Notes under the pieces: model-generated
Databases searched by the model: none
Seen by the model: only the letters and a program-made list of their open reading frames with translations
Told to the model about the DNA's origin: nothing
DNA from: a virus
Taxonomy: Duplodnaviria > Caudoviricetes
IMG/VR virus record: IMGVR_UViG_3300020352_000003
Coordinates: 1 to 34,069 of that record
DNA length: 34,069 nt
Strand: one strand, 5' to 3'
Made by a program: the position numbers and the translations under genes
Part shown: in pieces, positions 24,056 to 34,069 of the stretch
Position numbering within the stretch: the stretch's first letter is position 1
How the letters are laid out: every line of letters starts with the position of its first letter

Positions 24056-24541
24056 ATGAAAGTTAACCTAAGAAAATCTTTGCAGAAGATAGGCCGAATG
24101 TATAAGGCCGAACTAAGAAGTAAGATAGCTGGTGATAATAATGTTGCTTCTGGAAAGATGTCTAATAACATTAAGTTTGCAACTACTAAAAATAGTTTGA
24201 CTTTTGAATTTGAGAGGTACTTAGGAGCTATAAGCGATGGAAAAAAAGCCACAGGACAAGCTCCTTCTAGTGAAATGGTATCTAAGATTGCTAAGTGGAT
24301 GCAATACAAGAACCTTAGCATAAGAGGATACAGGGGTAGGTTTCAGTCTAAGACAGACAGCAATTACAGAAGAGCTGCTTTTGCTATAGCTAGGAGTATA
24401 AATAGAACGTCTTGGAAGGGTAGTGATGTTATAATGAGGGCTTATAAAGATATTGAAGAAAACATAGATGATGAGATTCTAGATACATTTAAAACATCAA
24501 TAGAACAAACCATAGACAAATACAAACTTACAATTAAATAA
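24056..24541 (+). CDS. Putative neck/tail completion protein (HK97 gp10-like)
   Basis: Basic; ASGKMSNNI, AFAIARSI motifs. Confidence 0.55.
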   Translation: MKVNLRKSLQKIGRMYKAELRSKIAGDNNVASGKMSNNIKFATTKNSLTFEFERYLGAISDGKKATGQAPSSEMVSKIAKWMQYKNLSIRGYRGRFQSKTDSNYRRAAFAIARSINRTSWKGSDVIMRAYKDIEENIDDEILDTFKTSIEQTIDKYKLTIK

Positions 24542-24547
24542 AAAACA

Positions 24548-26047
24548 ATGGCATTTACAAGGCTTATAATAACATTTACAGGAGAAGCAGCAGTTAACGA
24601 CACAATGACAATAACTACAAATAAAAGTGATTCATATGCAGCTAATGTGCAAAAAGTGAGAGTTTTTGCTAACCAGATATCAGAACCTGTAGCTACAGGA
24701 ACTACTGGAGAAGGAACAGCTATAGCTTACAGCTCTGCTTTAATATCTGACAATGTATCTTTTGGTCAGCAACTAGGTGGTCAACTAGACATATCTCAAT
24801 CATCTAATGTTATTACACTAACATTTTACGATTCATCAGTGAACTCTGCAACCTTTGGAACAACAGGAAGTGTAACTAGCACATCTTCTACGGATACTAA
24901 TGGCGTTATTGTAACATATCCTAAGATAAATGCAAGAAGCCCTCATTGGTATAGAGTTCAGGAATACTCTCCACTAGGAACTCTTACGTCTGCCTTAATA
25001 AAGCTAAAGATATATGAAGGAAATCAATCAAGTTGGGGTTCTGCTGAGAACTGGACTTATCAGCTATCTAGTATTGCTTCTAATTCCGAAGTATTATTTA
25101 ATATATCTGAGCTAATAAAAGATTATGTCCCTACAAGTTTTGATGGTTCTTATTACAGCAAAAACCCATTTGTAGATATTCAAGTTGTTAGTTATTACGA
25201 TGGTATACCAGTTTCAACGGAATATCAATTTACTAGAGCTTTCTATGGTTATGGGTACTTCGAAGAAGGAATTAATCCAGAACTAAACAACTCTTACCTA
25301 CAATCAAACAACAAGATACTAAAGTTAGCTGACTCTCCAGTTATAATACCTGTAGACAGGTCTATAACTCAAAGTGTAACATACCTTAATCAAGGGGAAC
25401 AGGTTTACACTAAATTACTATTTCCCATTGCAAACAGTGGGCTACAGATAGAATATTTAACCAATGGAGTAAATGGAGCAGATAGTTTCGAAAATAGAGT
25501 TATACAGGCTGGTGGTATATTTGAAAATAGTATTTGCTTGTCTGAATTTGAAGGTGAGTTTGAACTTCTACCAGTAGATACTATTCATGTAGCAGGAACA
25601 GATGGTCTTTCTATAGTAACTGTAGAGACTGTTGACGAGTGTAAATACGAGCCTTACAAACTTACTTTTATTAATAAGTTTGGTGCTTTACAGGATATGT
25701 GGTTCTTTAAAGCTAGTTCACTATCTATAGATACAAGCAAAGAAGACTTCAGAAGAAACACTATGTCTGGACTTAGTTACAGTGTTAGTGACCACCAATA
25801 TAAGAACTTATTTAAAGGTGGTAGAGAGAAGTTAACTATTAATAGTGGGTTTTACCCAGAATCATACAACGATGTGTTTAGACAACTTCTATTAAGTGAA
25901 GATTGTTGGATTGAGTACAAAAATCAAACTCTTCCTGTAAACATAAGCGATAGTAGCAAGAAGTTTAAAACCAACTTGATGGACAAGTTAATAAGCTACC
26001 AATTAGAATTAGATTTTGCTTACGATAAAATTAACACTATAAACTAA
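24548..26047 (+). CDS. Tail structural protein (distal tail/baseplate-like)
   Basis: 499 aa, beta-rich; INARSP, FINKFGALQ, LLLSE motifs. Confidence 0.6.
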   Translation: MAFTRLIITFTGEAAVNDTMTITTNKSDSYAANVQKVRVFANQISEPVATGTTGEGTAIAYSSALISDNVSFGQQLGGQLDISQSSNVITLTFYDSSVNSATFGTTGSVTSTSSTDTNGVIVTYPKINARSPHWYRVQEYSPLGTLTSALIKLKIYEGNQSSWGSAENWTYQLSSIASNSEVLFNISELIKDYVPTSFDGSYYSKNPFVDIQVVSYYDGIPVSTEYQFTRAFYGYGYFEEGINPELNNSYLQSNNKILKLADSPVIIPVDRSITQSVTYLNQGEQVYTKLLFPIANSGLQIEYLTNGVNGADSFENRVIQAGGIFENSICLSEFEGEFELLPVDTIHVAGTDGLSIVTVETVDECKYEPYKLTFINKFGALQDMWFFKASSLSIDTSKEDFRRNTMSGLSYSVSDHQYKNLFKGGREKLTINSGFYPESYNDVFRQLLLSEDCWIEYKNQTLPVNISDSSKKFKTNLMDKLISYQLELDFAYDKINTIN

Positions 26048-28674
26048 TGCGTAGAAACGTAGAACTATACATACAGAATCAAAAAGCTGATTTATTTGAC
26101 TTTGAGGATATAAATATAACTAACTCTATAAAGGACATAAAAGATATAGGGAAGGTTTTTACTGATTACTCTCAAGAGTTTACTATACCAGCTTCAAAGG
26201 CTAATAACAGAATACTAAGACATTATTATAACTTTGACTTACTAGACTCTTTTGATGCTAGGATAAAAGTAGATGCTATTATAAAAATAAGTGGCTCTGA
26301 CTACAGGGAAGGTAAATTAACACTTATGGGGTCTACTTTAAAGAAAGGTATGCCTTATAGTTACAGGGTTGTTTTTTACGGAAAGACAGTTAGTTTAAAA
26401 GACTTAATAGGGGATGATGAGTTAGATGACTTATCTGGAACTTTACTAGATAATTTTAATTTTAATTACTCAGATACATTTGTAAAAGAATCACTGGTAG
26501 ATGGAAAGGAATATGACCAAAGTACTGCTTCTTTAATAACTCCTACTTTAGCTGGTGATTTTGACTTATGCTTTCCTTTTATAAGCTCTGAGTCTTTTTA
26601 CTTTTATGATAGTGGGAATGGAACTAGTCCAAAGGACAGAGTTGATAGCAGAAACATATGGGATGATTCAGGAAATACAGGAACTAAAAAAGGTATTTAC
26701 TATAAAGACTTAAAACCAGCAATAAGATTATACTGGATTATAAAAGCTATAGAACAAAAGTATAGCATACAGTTTAGTAATGACTTCTTTACAAGTACAA
26801 ACGCTACTTTTTATGATTTGTTTATGTTACTGCATAGAGAAAGTGGTAGCATAGGAAATCAACTTGATATTACTAGTGAGTCCTTTAAACTAGGTCAATT
26901 AACATTAGATTCAGGCGATGAAGTTAGAGCTTTATCTTTGCCTTTTTATACATTTCAAAATGCTCTTCAACTTACAAATGACCAAGTATCAGTGGATAGT
27001 ACTGTTGGTGTAGACGCAAGGCAATCTGCATTTAGATTATCATTCAGAGTAAGTCCCAACTCTGGAGCTACTGGTAATTACAATTTAAAAGTTACAGATG
27101 AATTTAATGGAGCTGGATGGTCTCCTCTGTTAACTATTATGCTAACAAACTATTTAGATGACCCAACTATATTTTTTGAAGAAAATATAGACGGAAGTAC
27201 TCATACAGATTTTGAGGTGTTTTTTATTGTAAACCAAAGATATTACTCAGCGAGAAGGATAATTGAACCTAAAATTGAGGTAAGCACACTTGCAGGTATA
27301 TCCAGTTATTCTGTTACAAATATCCAGTTAGATTACTATGAGCGTGGTGGAGGCGGTGCATTTGACACTTCGAATCCTCAAGTTTTAATTCAATCAGGAA
27401 ATTATAGCCTAGATAGTGGGAATCAACAAGATTTAGGTGGTGGTGTTGTATTAAGCAGCCAAATGCCTAAGATTAAAACTATGGACTTCTTGAGTTCATT
27501 ATTTAAGACATTTAACTTAACAGCTTATTTTGTTCCTGATAATGCTCAAGATGAGTTTGCAGGTCAAATAAGAGTTAGGACTGTCGATAGCTTCTTCCAG
27601 AATGGAGATGAAATAGATATAACGACTTACGTTGACACAGAGAAACTTCAAGTAGATAGGAACAACTTGTTTTCTGAGATAAACTTCGAGTTTGAGAAGG
27701 CATCTACATTTTCTGTAATTAATGCAAATCAATTTGACAATAAAGAGTTTGGAAACGCAGTTTTTAATAGTACAGGTGATTCTCTTCTAGCGTTTGATGG
27801 AGGTAAGTACGATATAAAACCTAAGTTTGAAAAGGTTATGTACGAAAGAATGTCAGACCAAGTAGATGAATTAGTCGGCACTGATGCACAATGGGGTTGG
27901 CTAGTGAATGAAAGTCAGAATCCTGTATTAACTAAACCACTTATATTTTACCCTATAAGAGAAAATATATCGTTTACAGATGGCTCTGGAGACTCTATAA
28001 CTTCATTTCTTTTTGATTCAAGTACATATGACGAGAACGGAGATATAGAACTCCCTGCAATTCACAGTCCTATTAACAACTACATAAGACCTTCTAATTC
28101 ACTAATAAATAAAGGTCAGTCTATAAATTTTGACAGTGAAAATGATGAATGGTATGTTCTTGAAGGAGATGGAATGAATAACAAAAGTTTATATTCTACT
28201 TTTTACAGTAAATACATAAGTTCGATATACGATGTTCAAGGTCGTACATTAAAGATGAAGGCTAACCTTCCTGTAAGCGTTGTATTAGACATAGAGCCTA
28301 ATGACACTTTAGTTATTAAAAATAGAAAGTTTAAGATAAATAAAATAAAGTTAAATGTAAATACTGGTGCTGCTGATTTAGAATTAATAAACGACACTGT
28401 CTATTCTGCTGCTTCACCAGAAGCTCCAGTTATACAATTACTTTTAGTTACAAATACTAAGTTTTGGATACTAATATCTGATGAAAATGCAGGGAATCAA
28501 TCTATTTCTTATGAAATATACCTTGACAATTCACTTTATGCAACAGTAAATAATAATGCACCTGCGGTATCTGGATTGACATCTGGTAATACTTACTCTG
28601 TTAAAGTAAAATCAGCATACCCAAATGGAATAGAATCTGATTTCAGTAATACACTAACAGTAACAACACTTTAA
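26047..28674 (+). CDS. Large tail tip/hub protein with C-terminal fibronectin type III domain
   Basis: 875 aa; YSQEFTIPAS..NN N-terminus; ends YEIYLD...GLTSGNTYSVKVKSA...ESDFSN. Confidence 0.7.
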   Translation: MRRNVELYIQNQKADLFDFEDINITNSIKDIKDIGKVFTDYSQEFTIPASKANNRILRHYYNFDLLDSFDARIKVDAIIKISGSDYREGKLTLMGSTLKKGMPYSYRVVFYGKTVSLKDLIGDDELDDLSGTLLDNFNFNYSDTFVKESLVDGKEYDQSTASLITPTLAGDFDLCFPFISSESFYFYDSGNGTSPKDRVDSRNIWDDSGNTGTKKGIYYKDLKPAIRLYWIIKAIEQKYSIQFSNDFFTSTNATFYDLFMLLHRESGSIGNQLDITSESFKLGQLTLDSGDEVRALSLPFYTFQNALQLTNDQVSVDSTVGVDARQSAFRLSFRVSPNSGATGNYNLKVTDEFNGAGWSPLLTIMLTNYLDDPTIFFEENIDGSTHTDFEVFFIVNQRYYSARRIIEPKIEVSTLAGISSYSVTNIQLDYYERGGGGAFDTSNPQVLIQSGNYSLDSGNQQDLGGGVVLSSQMPKIKTMDFLSSLFKTFNLTAYFVPDNAQDEFAGQIRVRTVDSFFQNGDEIDITTYVDTEKLQVDRNNLFSEINFEFEKASTFSVINANQFDNKEFGNAVFNSTGDSLLAFDGGKYDIKPKFEKVMYERMSDQVDELVGTDAQWGWLVNESQNPVLTKPLIFYPIRENISFTDGSGDSITSFLFDSSTYDENGDIELPAIHSPINNYIRPSNSLINKGQSINFDSENDEWYVLEGDGMNNKSLYSTFYSKYISSIYDVQGRTLKMKANLPVSVVLDIEPNDTLVIKNRKFKINKIKLNVNTGAADLELINDTVYSAASPEAPVIQLLLVTNTKFWILISDENAGNQSISYEIYLDNSLYATVNNNAPAVSGLTSGNTYSVKVKSAYPNGIESDFSNTLTVTTL

Positions 28675-28675
28675 T

Positions 28676-28816
28676 ATGACACCACTTAAACTAATAATAG
28701 ATTTACTAGCATCAAACGACTGGTATGTTGATGATGAAGACATAAAAATAGCGAAAGGTAAATATATGCTACCTCTAAGCTGGAAACAACTTAAAGAAAC
28801 AATAAAACGAAGATAA
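28676..28816 (+). CDS. Small hypothetical protein, 46 aa (not in ORF track)
   Basis: MTPLKLIIDLL...IKIAKGKY.LP; TAATG-coupled to the tape measure gene. Confidence 0.65.
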   Translation: MTPLKLIIDLLASNDWYVDDEDIKIAKGKYMLPLSWKQLKETIKRR

Positions 28817-30774
28817 TGGCAGACTCAGAAAAAACAATTAGACTTAAGTTAGAGGTACAAGAAGCTCAAGCTAATGTTAATATAAAAAAATTAAATCAAA
28901 GTCTAAAAAGACTTGATGGTAGAACAAAAGAATATAAGTTAGCTGTAAAACAACTAGCTATAGAAGAGTCTAAGCTATCGCAAGTAAGAAGCAATATGTC
29001 TGCTTCTAGTGACAAGCTAACAACCTCAATGAAAAGTGCAGCCTCCTCTACTGGCGGTGCTACTGCTGCTGCGATGGAACTTGGTAGAGTTGTTTCTGAT
29101 GCACCTTATGGTATAAGGGGTATGGCGAACAACGTATCTCAATTAGCGTCTCAGTTGTTTTTTATGGCTAATCAGCAAAAAACCGCTACTGTAGCAGTAA
29201 AATCCGATACTGTTGCAAAAGGGGTTAATTCACAAGCTACTGCGGCAGCAACCGCTACTACTGTTGGATTTACAGGTGCTTTAAAGATGATGTGGTCAGC
29301 TCTAAGAGGCCCTATGGGTGTATTACTTGCTATTCAAGTTGTTATTTCTGCTCTTGATTATTTTGCTGGAAGTACTAAAAAAACTGAAGATTCTACTAAA
29401 AGTTTTACTGAAGAACTACAGAAACAGGTAGATACGTTGAAGATTTATGATACCATACTAAAAGAGTCTAATCTATCTATAGAAGAAAGAAATGGGGCTT
29501 TAGCTGCCGCAGCAATGATAGACAAAGAGCTGTCTAAGATATTGACTGACAATGTAGGTAATATTGAAAAGCAAACAGAGGGTTTATCTGAATTCATATC
29601 CATGAAGGAGGAAGAGCTTGAGTTGAAAGTAAAAATAAACGAACTAGAACAAGTATCAAAAGAATTAGAAAAAATAAAAGGACAACAAGAGCTTCAGAAC
29701 TTAGAGGATGTTAAAACAAAGATACAGGAAGTTAAAGATGCACGGACTAAGGCTAATGCAGAAGACGTTATTTTTGACACAAATAAAAACTTACTTTATA
29801 GTAATCAAATTGGCAGTTTAACTAAGATTCTAAGGTTGTTTGAGAAACAAAAAACACTTCTATTAGATGTAAATGACCTATTCAAACCAGATGAAGATGG
29901 AAAAGATTCTATTTTAAGGGGAACTATTGCTTGGTATAATGCTCAAATAAAAGGATTAAAAGAAATTCAAAACGAAGCTTCACTAACAAATGCAGCGTAT
30001 CAACCATTACAAGAGCAAATAGAAAAATATTTAAATAAAATAGATGAAATAAGATATCCGAAAAGAGAAGATGTTGAACAAGTAGATTCTTTAGAAACTG
30101 GGGGTATTGAGAATGTATTAGAATCTCCAGGAGTTTTATTTGAGACTGCTAGAGGCGAAGCCATTGTAAATGCAAGAGAAGCAATGGCAAATAAAATGGA
30201 GAAAATAAGAACCACTGAAGCTGTAGCGGAACTTATTACAGAAGAATTTAAAAGGAAAACCGCAGAAGCAACGATGAAACACGCAGAAGGAATATTTAGA
30301 AACCTTCAAGGTCTGGCTGGTAAAAGCAAAGCACTTAGGGCGGCTTTTATAATAGCAGAAAAAGCAGCTTCTATTGGTCTAATGTATCAAAGTTATAATG
30401 AAGCAAAAATGGCTAACCTTGCACACTCAGCTCTTTTAGGTCCTGTTGCTGGACAAGCTTATCTAAAAGGTGCAAACGCCTTAGCAACAGTAAATCTCGT
30501 TGGGGGCATAGCTAGTACAGTTGCTCAAACATCTAAAGCCCTTAGTGCATTAAATGCAGGGGGTTCTGGAGGAGGAGGAGTAGCTGTTGGTGGTGGTGGT
30601 GAATCAAGAGAGTTTGATTTCAATCTAGTAGGTTCTACAGGGGTAAATCAATTAGCTGAAGGTATCGGTGGTCAATTCGGTCAGCCAATACAAGCATACG
30701 TTGTAAGCTCACAAATGACATCTCAACAACAACTAGATGGTATCATACAATCGAATGCAACTATAGGAGATTAG
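28816..30774 (+). CDS. Tape measure protein
   Basis: 652 aa, Ala-rich and coiled coil with hydrophobic segments; SDAPYGIRGMANNVSQL; C-terminal QAYVV. Confidence 0.75.
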   Translation: MADSEKTIRLKLEVQEAQANVNIKKLNQSLKRLDGRTKEYKLAVKQLAIEESKLSQVRSNMSASSDKLTTSMKSAASSTGGATAAAMELGRVVSDAPYGIRGMANNVSQLASQLFFMANQQKTATVAVKSDTVAKGVNSQATAAATATTVGFTGALKMMWSALRGPMGVLLAIQVVISALDYFAGSTKKTEDSTKSFTEELQKQVDTLKIYDTILKESNLSIEERNGALAAAAMIDKELSKILTDNVGNIEKQTEGLSEFISMKEEELELKVKINELEQVSKELEKIKGQQELQNLEDVKTKIQEVKDARTKANAEDVIFDTNKNLLYSNQIGSLTKILRLFEKQKTLLLDVNDLFKPDEDGKDSILRGTIAWYNAQIKGLKEIQNEASLTNAAYQPLQEQIEKYLNKIDEIRYPKREDVEQVDSLETGGIENVLESPGVLFETARGEAIVNAREAMANKMEKIRTTEAVAELITEEFKRKTAEATMKHAEGIFRNLQGLAGKSKALRAAFIIAEKAASIGLMYQSYNEAKMANLAHSALLGPVAGQAYLKGANALATVNLVGGIASTVAQTSKALSALNAGGSGGGGVAVGGGGESREFDFNLVGSTGVNQLAEGIGGQFGQPIQAYVVSSQMTSQQQLDGIIQSNATIGD

Positions 30775-30808
30775 AAACAAAAACAAACTAAATTGTTATA
30801 ATATTATG
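30775..30808 (+). promoter_or_regulatory. Putative phage late promoter
   Basis: AAACA-N13-TTGTTATAATATTATG. Confidence 0.7.
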
Positions 30809-32152
30809 GAAAACTTAGATATATTCGAATTATTTATAGACGAAGAAAACGAATGGGGTGGCATAGAAGCTATCTCAATCGTTGAGAATCCAGCTATAGA
30901 AGAGGATTTTATTGCTCTTAAATCACAAGAAGTTAAACTTGCTGAGGTAGATAACGAAAAGCGTATTCTTATGGGTGCTGCTTTGATACCTAACAAAAAG
31001 ATTTACAGAAGAAATGGTGAGCAAGAGTATTACATACACTTCTCAGAAGATACTGTAAGAAAAGCCTCACAGCTTTTCCTATCAAGGGGTAAACAAAACA
31101 ACTCAACATTAGAACACGAAGTAGAACTAGGTGGTTTATCTGTTGTAGAGTCTTGGATAATAGAAGATGCAGTACATGACAAGTCAAGAAAGTACAATCT
31201 TAATATGCCTGTAGGAACTTGGATGGTATCTGTCAAAGTAAATAATGACGAGGTATGGCAAGAGTTTGTTAAGACAGAGAAAGTAAAAGGCTTTAGTATA
31301 GAGGGCTTCTTTAGTGATAAGAAACAAGATGCACCTAATGAAAGTATAGAAGAAGAATTATCAGCAGAAGACTTAGCTAAGATATACGAGATACACGAGA
31401 TTTTAAGTGCTTCTAACAACGTTGAACTTAAAACCTATAGTGACTATCCACAAGGAGCTAGAAACAATGCTAAAAGAGCTTTAAAATGGAAGAAAGAGAA
31501 TGGTAGTTCTTGTGGAACTTCTGTTGGTTGGACTAGAGCTAATCAATTAGCTTCTGGAGAGGCTTTGTCTCGCTCTACGATTGCAAGAATGGCATCATTC
31601 AAAAGACATCAGCAACATAAAGATGTGCCTTACTCTGAAGGGTGTGGTGGTCTTATGTGGGATGCTTGGGGTGGTTCTGCTGGTGTTAACTGGGCTATTA
31701 GCAAACTAAAGAAAATAGACTCTGAAAAGATGGCTGAAGTAGACTCTGAGGGTAGAGTTAAGAAGAGTCCTAAAGCACCTAAGTCAGATACACCTAATAA
31801 GAATCCAAAAGGAGAGGGAACTGCTAAGGGAGATGCTTCTGGTAAAACTGGTGCTAAGGTGTCTAAGAAAGATAGAGAGACTTTACAGAATAAATCAACT
31901 GAGTTTAACGAGAAGTATAAAGAGAAGTTAGGATATGGAGTAACTGTAGGTATGTTAGCCTCTGTATTTCAAAGAGGACTAGGTGCGTTTAACACTAGCC
32001 ATTCACCTAATGTTAAGTCTGCATCTCAATGGGCTTTTGCAAGAGTAAATGCGTTCTTGTATCTAGTTAAGAATGGTAAACCAGAGAATACTAAGTACAC
32101 TACGGATTACGACTTATTACCCAATAAACACCCTAAATCAAGTAAGAAATGA
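30806..32152 (+). CDS. XkdF-like prohead protease with two extra C-terminal domains
   Basis: AISIVENPAIE, GAALIPNK.IYR, LEH, VESW, GTW and KGFSIEG motifs; upstream of scaffold and capsid. Confidence 0.75.
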   Translation: MENLDIFELFIDEENEWGGIEAISIVENPAIEEDFIALKSQEVKLAEVDNEKRILMGAALIPNKKIYRRNGEQEYYIHFSEDTVRKASQLFLSRGKQNNSTLEHEVELGGLSVVESWIIEDAVHDKSRKYNLNMPVGTWMVSVKVNNDEVWQEFVKTEKVKGFSIEGFFSDKKQDAPNESIEEELSAEDLAKIYEIHEILSASNNVELKTYSDYPQGARNNAKRALKWKKENGSSCGTSVGWTRANQLASGEALSRSTIARMASFKRHQQHKDVPYSEGCGGLMWDAWGGSAGVNWAISKLKKIDSEKMAEVDSEGRVKKSPKAPKSDTPNKNPKGEGTAKGDASGKTGAKVSKKDRETLQNKSTEFNEKYKEKLGYGVTVGMLASVFQRGLGAFNTSHSPNVKSASQWAFARVNAFLYLVKNGKPENTKYTTDYDLLPNKHPKSSKK

Positions 32153-32496
32153 AAGCTGTATATTGTAAATGCAAGAACACTTATTGTATAGACTGCTGTA
32201 AAGATTGTAAAGCTCCAGATTACTGGAAGCAAGGGATTGGGGTAATAACAAGTTCAGCAACACCTCCTAGCGGAAACTACGGTTACAAGGTACAGAGATG
32301 TGGTCATAATATGCAAAAGCACTTTCATGGAAATCAGGAACTAGTAATAGGTAATGTGTATTATTTTGATTTAGTGCATGAAGGACATAGTAATTGTTAT
32401 ACTGTATTGAGTCAAGATAATCAGACAAGTGGATTTTTATGGAATAGCGTGACAGATTACAATGATTGTACATCTTGTCAGGATGCAAACCCTTAA
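32149..32496 (+). CDS. Cys-rich hypothetical protein
   Basis: CKC..TY...CC..C....W.QGIG N-terminus; CTSC C-terminus. Confidence 0.7.
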   Translation: MKAVYCKCKNTYCIDCCKDCKAPDYWKQGIGVITSSATPPSGNYGYKVQRCGHNMQKHFHGNQELVIGNVYYFDLVHEGHSNCYTVLSQDNQTSGFLWNSVTDYNDCTSCQDANP

Positions 32497-32549
32497 AAAT
32501 GAAATAAACCTTAATTTAATTGTTATACTAATATAAAAATGTTTAATTT

Positions 32550-33035
32550 ATGAAAGCAACAGAAATTTTAGGGAAGCTAAAAGATGTTTTACTTTCTACT
32601 GAAGAAGTGGTAACTGAAACTCCTATAGAGGAGATAAAAGAAGAGTTATCTGCTGAAGAAGTAGTAGAGAACGTTGAATTAGAATCTCAAGAAGAAGTGG
32701 TTGAAGAAGTAGTAGAAGACACTACTGAATTAGCTGAAGAAGACGAAGAAGTTGTGGAAGAAGTAATAGAGGATAAAGCCCCTGTTATGGAATACGCATC
32801 TAAACAAGACTTAGAAGACCTCAAAAAAGAATTTATGGGTGTAATCGAAGGTCTTATGAAAAAAGAAGAAGAGTACAATAAAGAAGTACCTGCTGAATTG
32901 AGTGCTGAAGAGCCTGTAGAGGAAATATCTCATTCACCTGAAGCTGGTATTGAAAGTAAGTCTAAGTTTGTTATCGGTGGTAACAGAGCTATGACAACTA
33001 AAGACAGAGTATTCGCAAAAATGTTTAATAAATAA
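32550..33035 (+). CDS. Putative capsid scaffolding protein
   Basis: Very Glu-rich, basic C-terminal helix, directly before the major capsid gene. Confidence 0.7.
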   Translation: MKATEILGKLKDVLLSTEEVVTETPIEEIKEELSAEEVVENVELESQEEVVEEVVEDTTELAEEDEEVVEEVIEDKAPVMEYASKQDLEDLKKEFMGVIEGLMKKEEEYNKEVPAELSAEEPVEEISHSPEAGIESKSKFVIGGNRAMTTKDRVFAKMFNK

Positions 33036-33048
33036 TTATTTAATAAAA

Positions 33049-33963
33049 ATGGCAACAACAACATCTATTACTACAACTTATGCTGGTGAGAAATTACAAG
33101 GTTTTATCTCTGCTGCATTACTATCTGCTAACACTATCGAAAATGGTGGTGTAACAGTTAAACCAAACGTAAAATTCAAAGCTGTAATCAAATCATTGGC
33201 TACAGGAACATTAATTGCTGATGACACTTGTGATTTCACAGACAGTTCTTCAGTAACTCTTGCTGAAAGAATCTTAACACCTAAGACTCTTCAGGTAAAT
33301 CTACAACTATGTAAAGAGGATTTCCGTTCTGACTGGGATGCAATCTCTATGGGGTATTCAGCTTTTGATAGCTTACCTCCATCTTTCGCTGATTACTTAG
33401 TAGCTCATGTTGCTTCTAAAGTAGCTGAAGAAATGGAAACTACTATCTGGAGTGGAGGACAGTTTGATGGGTTCACTACTTTATTTGCTGCTGATGGCGA
33501 TGTTATCGATGTAGCTGGAACAGCAATCGATGCTACTAACGTAATTGCTGAAATGGGAAAAGTAGTTGATGCTGTACCTTCTGCAATCTACGGAAAAGAA
33601 GACCTTAAACTATATGTTTCTAAAAATGTAATGAAGGCTTATGTTCGTGCATTAGGAGGATTTGCATCTAATGGATTAGGAGCTGCTGGTTCTGACAACA
33701 AAGGAACACAATGGTATGACAACGGAGCTTTATCTTTCGATGGTGTATCTGTATTTATGGCTAATGGTCTTGCTGATAACAAAATGGTAGCTGCTCAGTC
33801 TTCCAACTTATATTTTGGTACGGGCGTTTTATCTGATTTAAATCAAGTAAAAGTATTAGACATGGCTGACCTTGATGGTTCTCAAAATGTTCGTGTAATT
33901 GCACGTTTCACAGGAGGAATCCAGTACGGATTTGGTTCTGAGATTGTATACTATACAGCTTAA
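33049..33963 (+). CDS. Major capsid protein
   Basis: 304 aa; TTYAGE, QVNLQLCK, NLYFGTG and DGSQNVR motifs; flanked by scaffold gene and terminator. Confidence 0.85.
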   Translation: MATTTSITTTYAGEKLQGFISAALLSANTIENGGVTVKPNVKFKAVIKSLATGTLIADDTCDFTDSSSVTLAERILTPKTLQVNLQLCKEDFRSDWDAISMGYSAFDSLPPSFADYLVAHVASKVAEEMETTIWSGGQFDGFTTLFAADGDVIDVAGTAIDATNVIAEMGKVVDAVPSAIYGKEDLKLYVSKNVMKAYVRALGGFASNGLGAAGSDNKGTQWYDNGALSFDGVSVFMANGLADNKMVAAQSSNLYFGTGVLSDLNQVKVLDMADLDGSQNVRVIARFTGGIQYGFGSEIVYYTA

Positions 33964-33982
33964 TAACTGTTCAATTTAATAT

Positions 33983-34016
33983 AAAGGGGGTGGGTTTCTA
34001 TCCCATCCCTTTTTTT
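33983..34016 (+). terminator. Intrinsic terminator after the capsid gene
   Basis: AAAGGGGGTGGG-N7-CCCATCCCTTT followed by a T-run. Confidence 0.85.
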
Positions 34017-34069
34017 GTTTAACTATAAAAATATAAAAATATGCCTTGTGATATAGCAACTGGAAGAAC
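33993..34069. repeat. Terminal 77-bp direct repeat (copy of 1-77)
   Basis: Exact match to 1-77. Confidence 0.95.

Noticed and set aside
25480-25545. Shared E-x3-CL motif between ORF 24548 and ORF 3040
   Set aside because: Too short to support homology from the sequence alone
1379-32878. All minus-strand ORFs in the track (e.g. 10526-10933, 31030-31419, 7198-7506)
   Set aside because: They are shadows of well-supported + strand genes, Ser/Leu/Phe-rich, with no motifs
33993-34069. Terminal repeat as a biological direct terminal repeat
   Set aside because: Exactly 77 bp (a typical k-mer), and it cuts through a terminator and gene start; best read as assembly circularity
1-34069. Lysogeny module, tRNA genes, alternative genetic code
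   Set aside because: No integrase or CI-like repressor recognised, no cloverleaf with T-loop consensus seen, and genes are intact and tightly packed under the standard code

Overview
This window is an apparently complete, circularly assembled genome (33,992 bp unique plus a 77-bp end overlap) of an AT-rich tailed dsDNA phage. The host is most likely a Flavobacteriia/Bacteroidota bacterium, judged from TAnnTTTG promoters, A-rich starts without Shine-Dalgarno sequences, and gene content. Every credible gene is on the + strand. The modules are: head (XkdF-like protease, scaffold, major capsid, portal), tail (tube, frameshifted chaperone, completion, tip, tape measure), three paralogous fibre genes, lysis (two holin-like genes, M15 peptidase), recombination/replication (ERF, SSB-like, AAA helicase-like, RusA-like, 5'-3' exonuclease), an ECF-type sigma factor, a PBSX-type terminase, and an early/accessory island (about 18.85-22.8 kb). 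I recognised no integrase, DNA polymerase, primase or tRNA. The most interesting signals are non-coding. (1) Three phased arrays (11 copies) of YGTTTAAYATRAT followed by a G- or C-run; the core resembles the XerD arm of dif. (2) Three Flavobacteriia-type Fur-like boxes upstream of a GP88/radical-SAM-like Cys gene. (3) A phage-specific late promoter that appears to yield leaderless mRNAs, with an extra antisense copy aimed at a hairpin-rich 600-bp non-coding region. Coding oddities include fibre proteins that may chain head to tail, a catalytically degenerate second endolysin, a -1 frameshift with long dual coding, and an unannotated Cys-rich lipoprotein. All family assignments come from motif recognition, not database searches.
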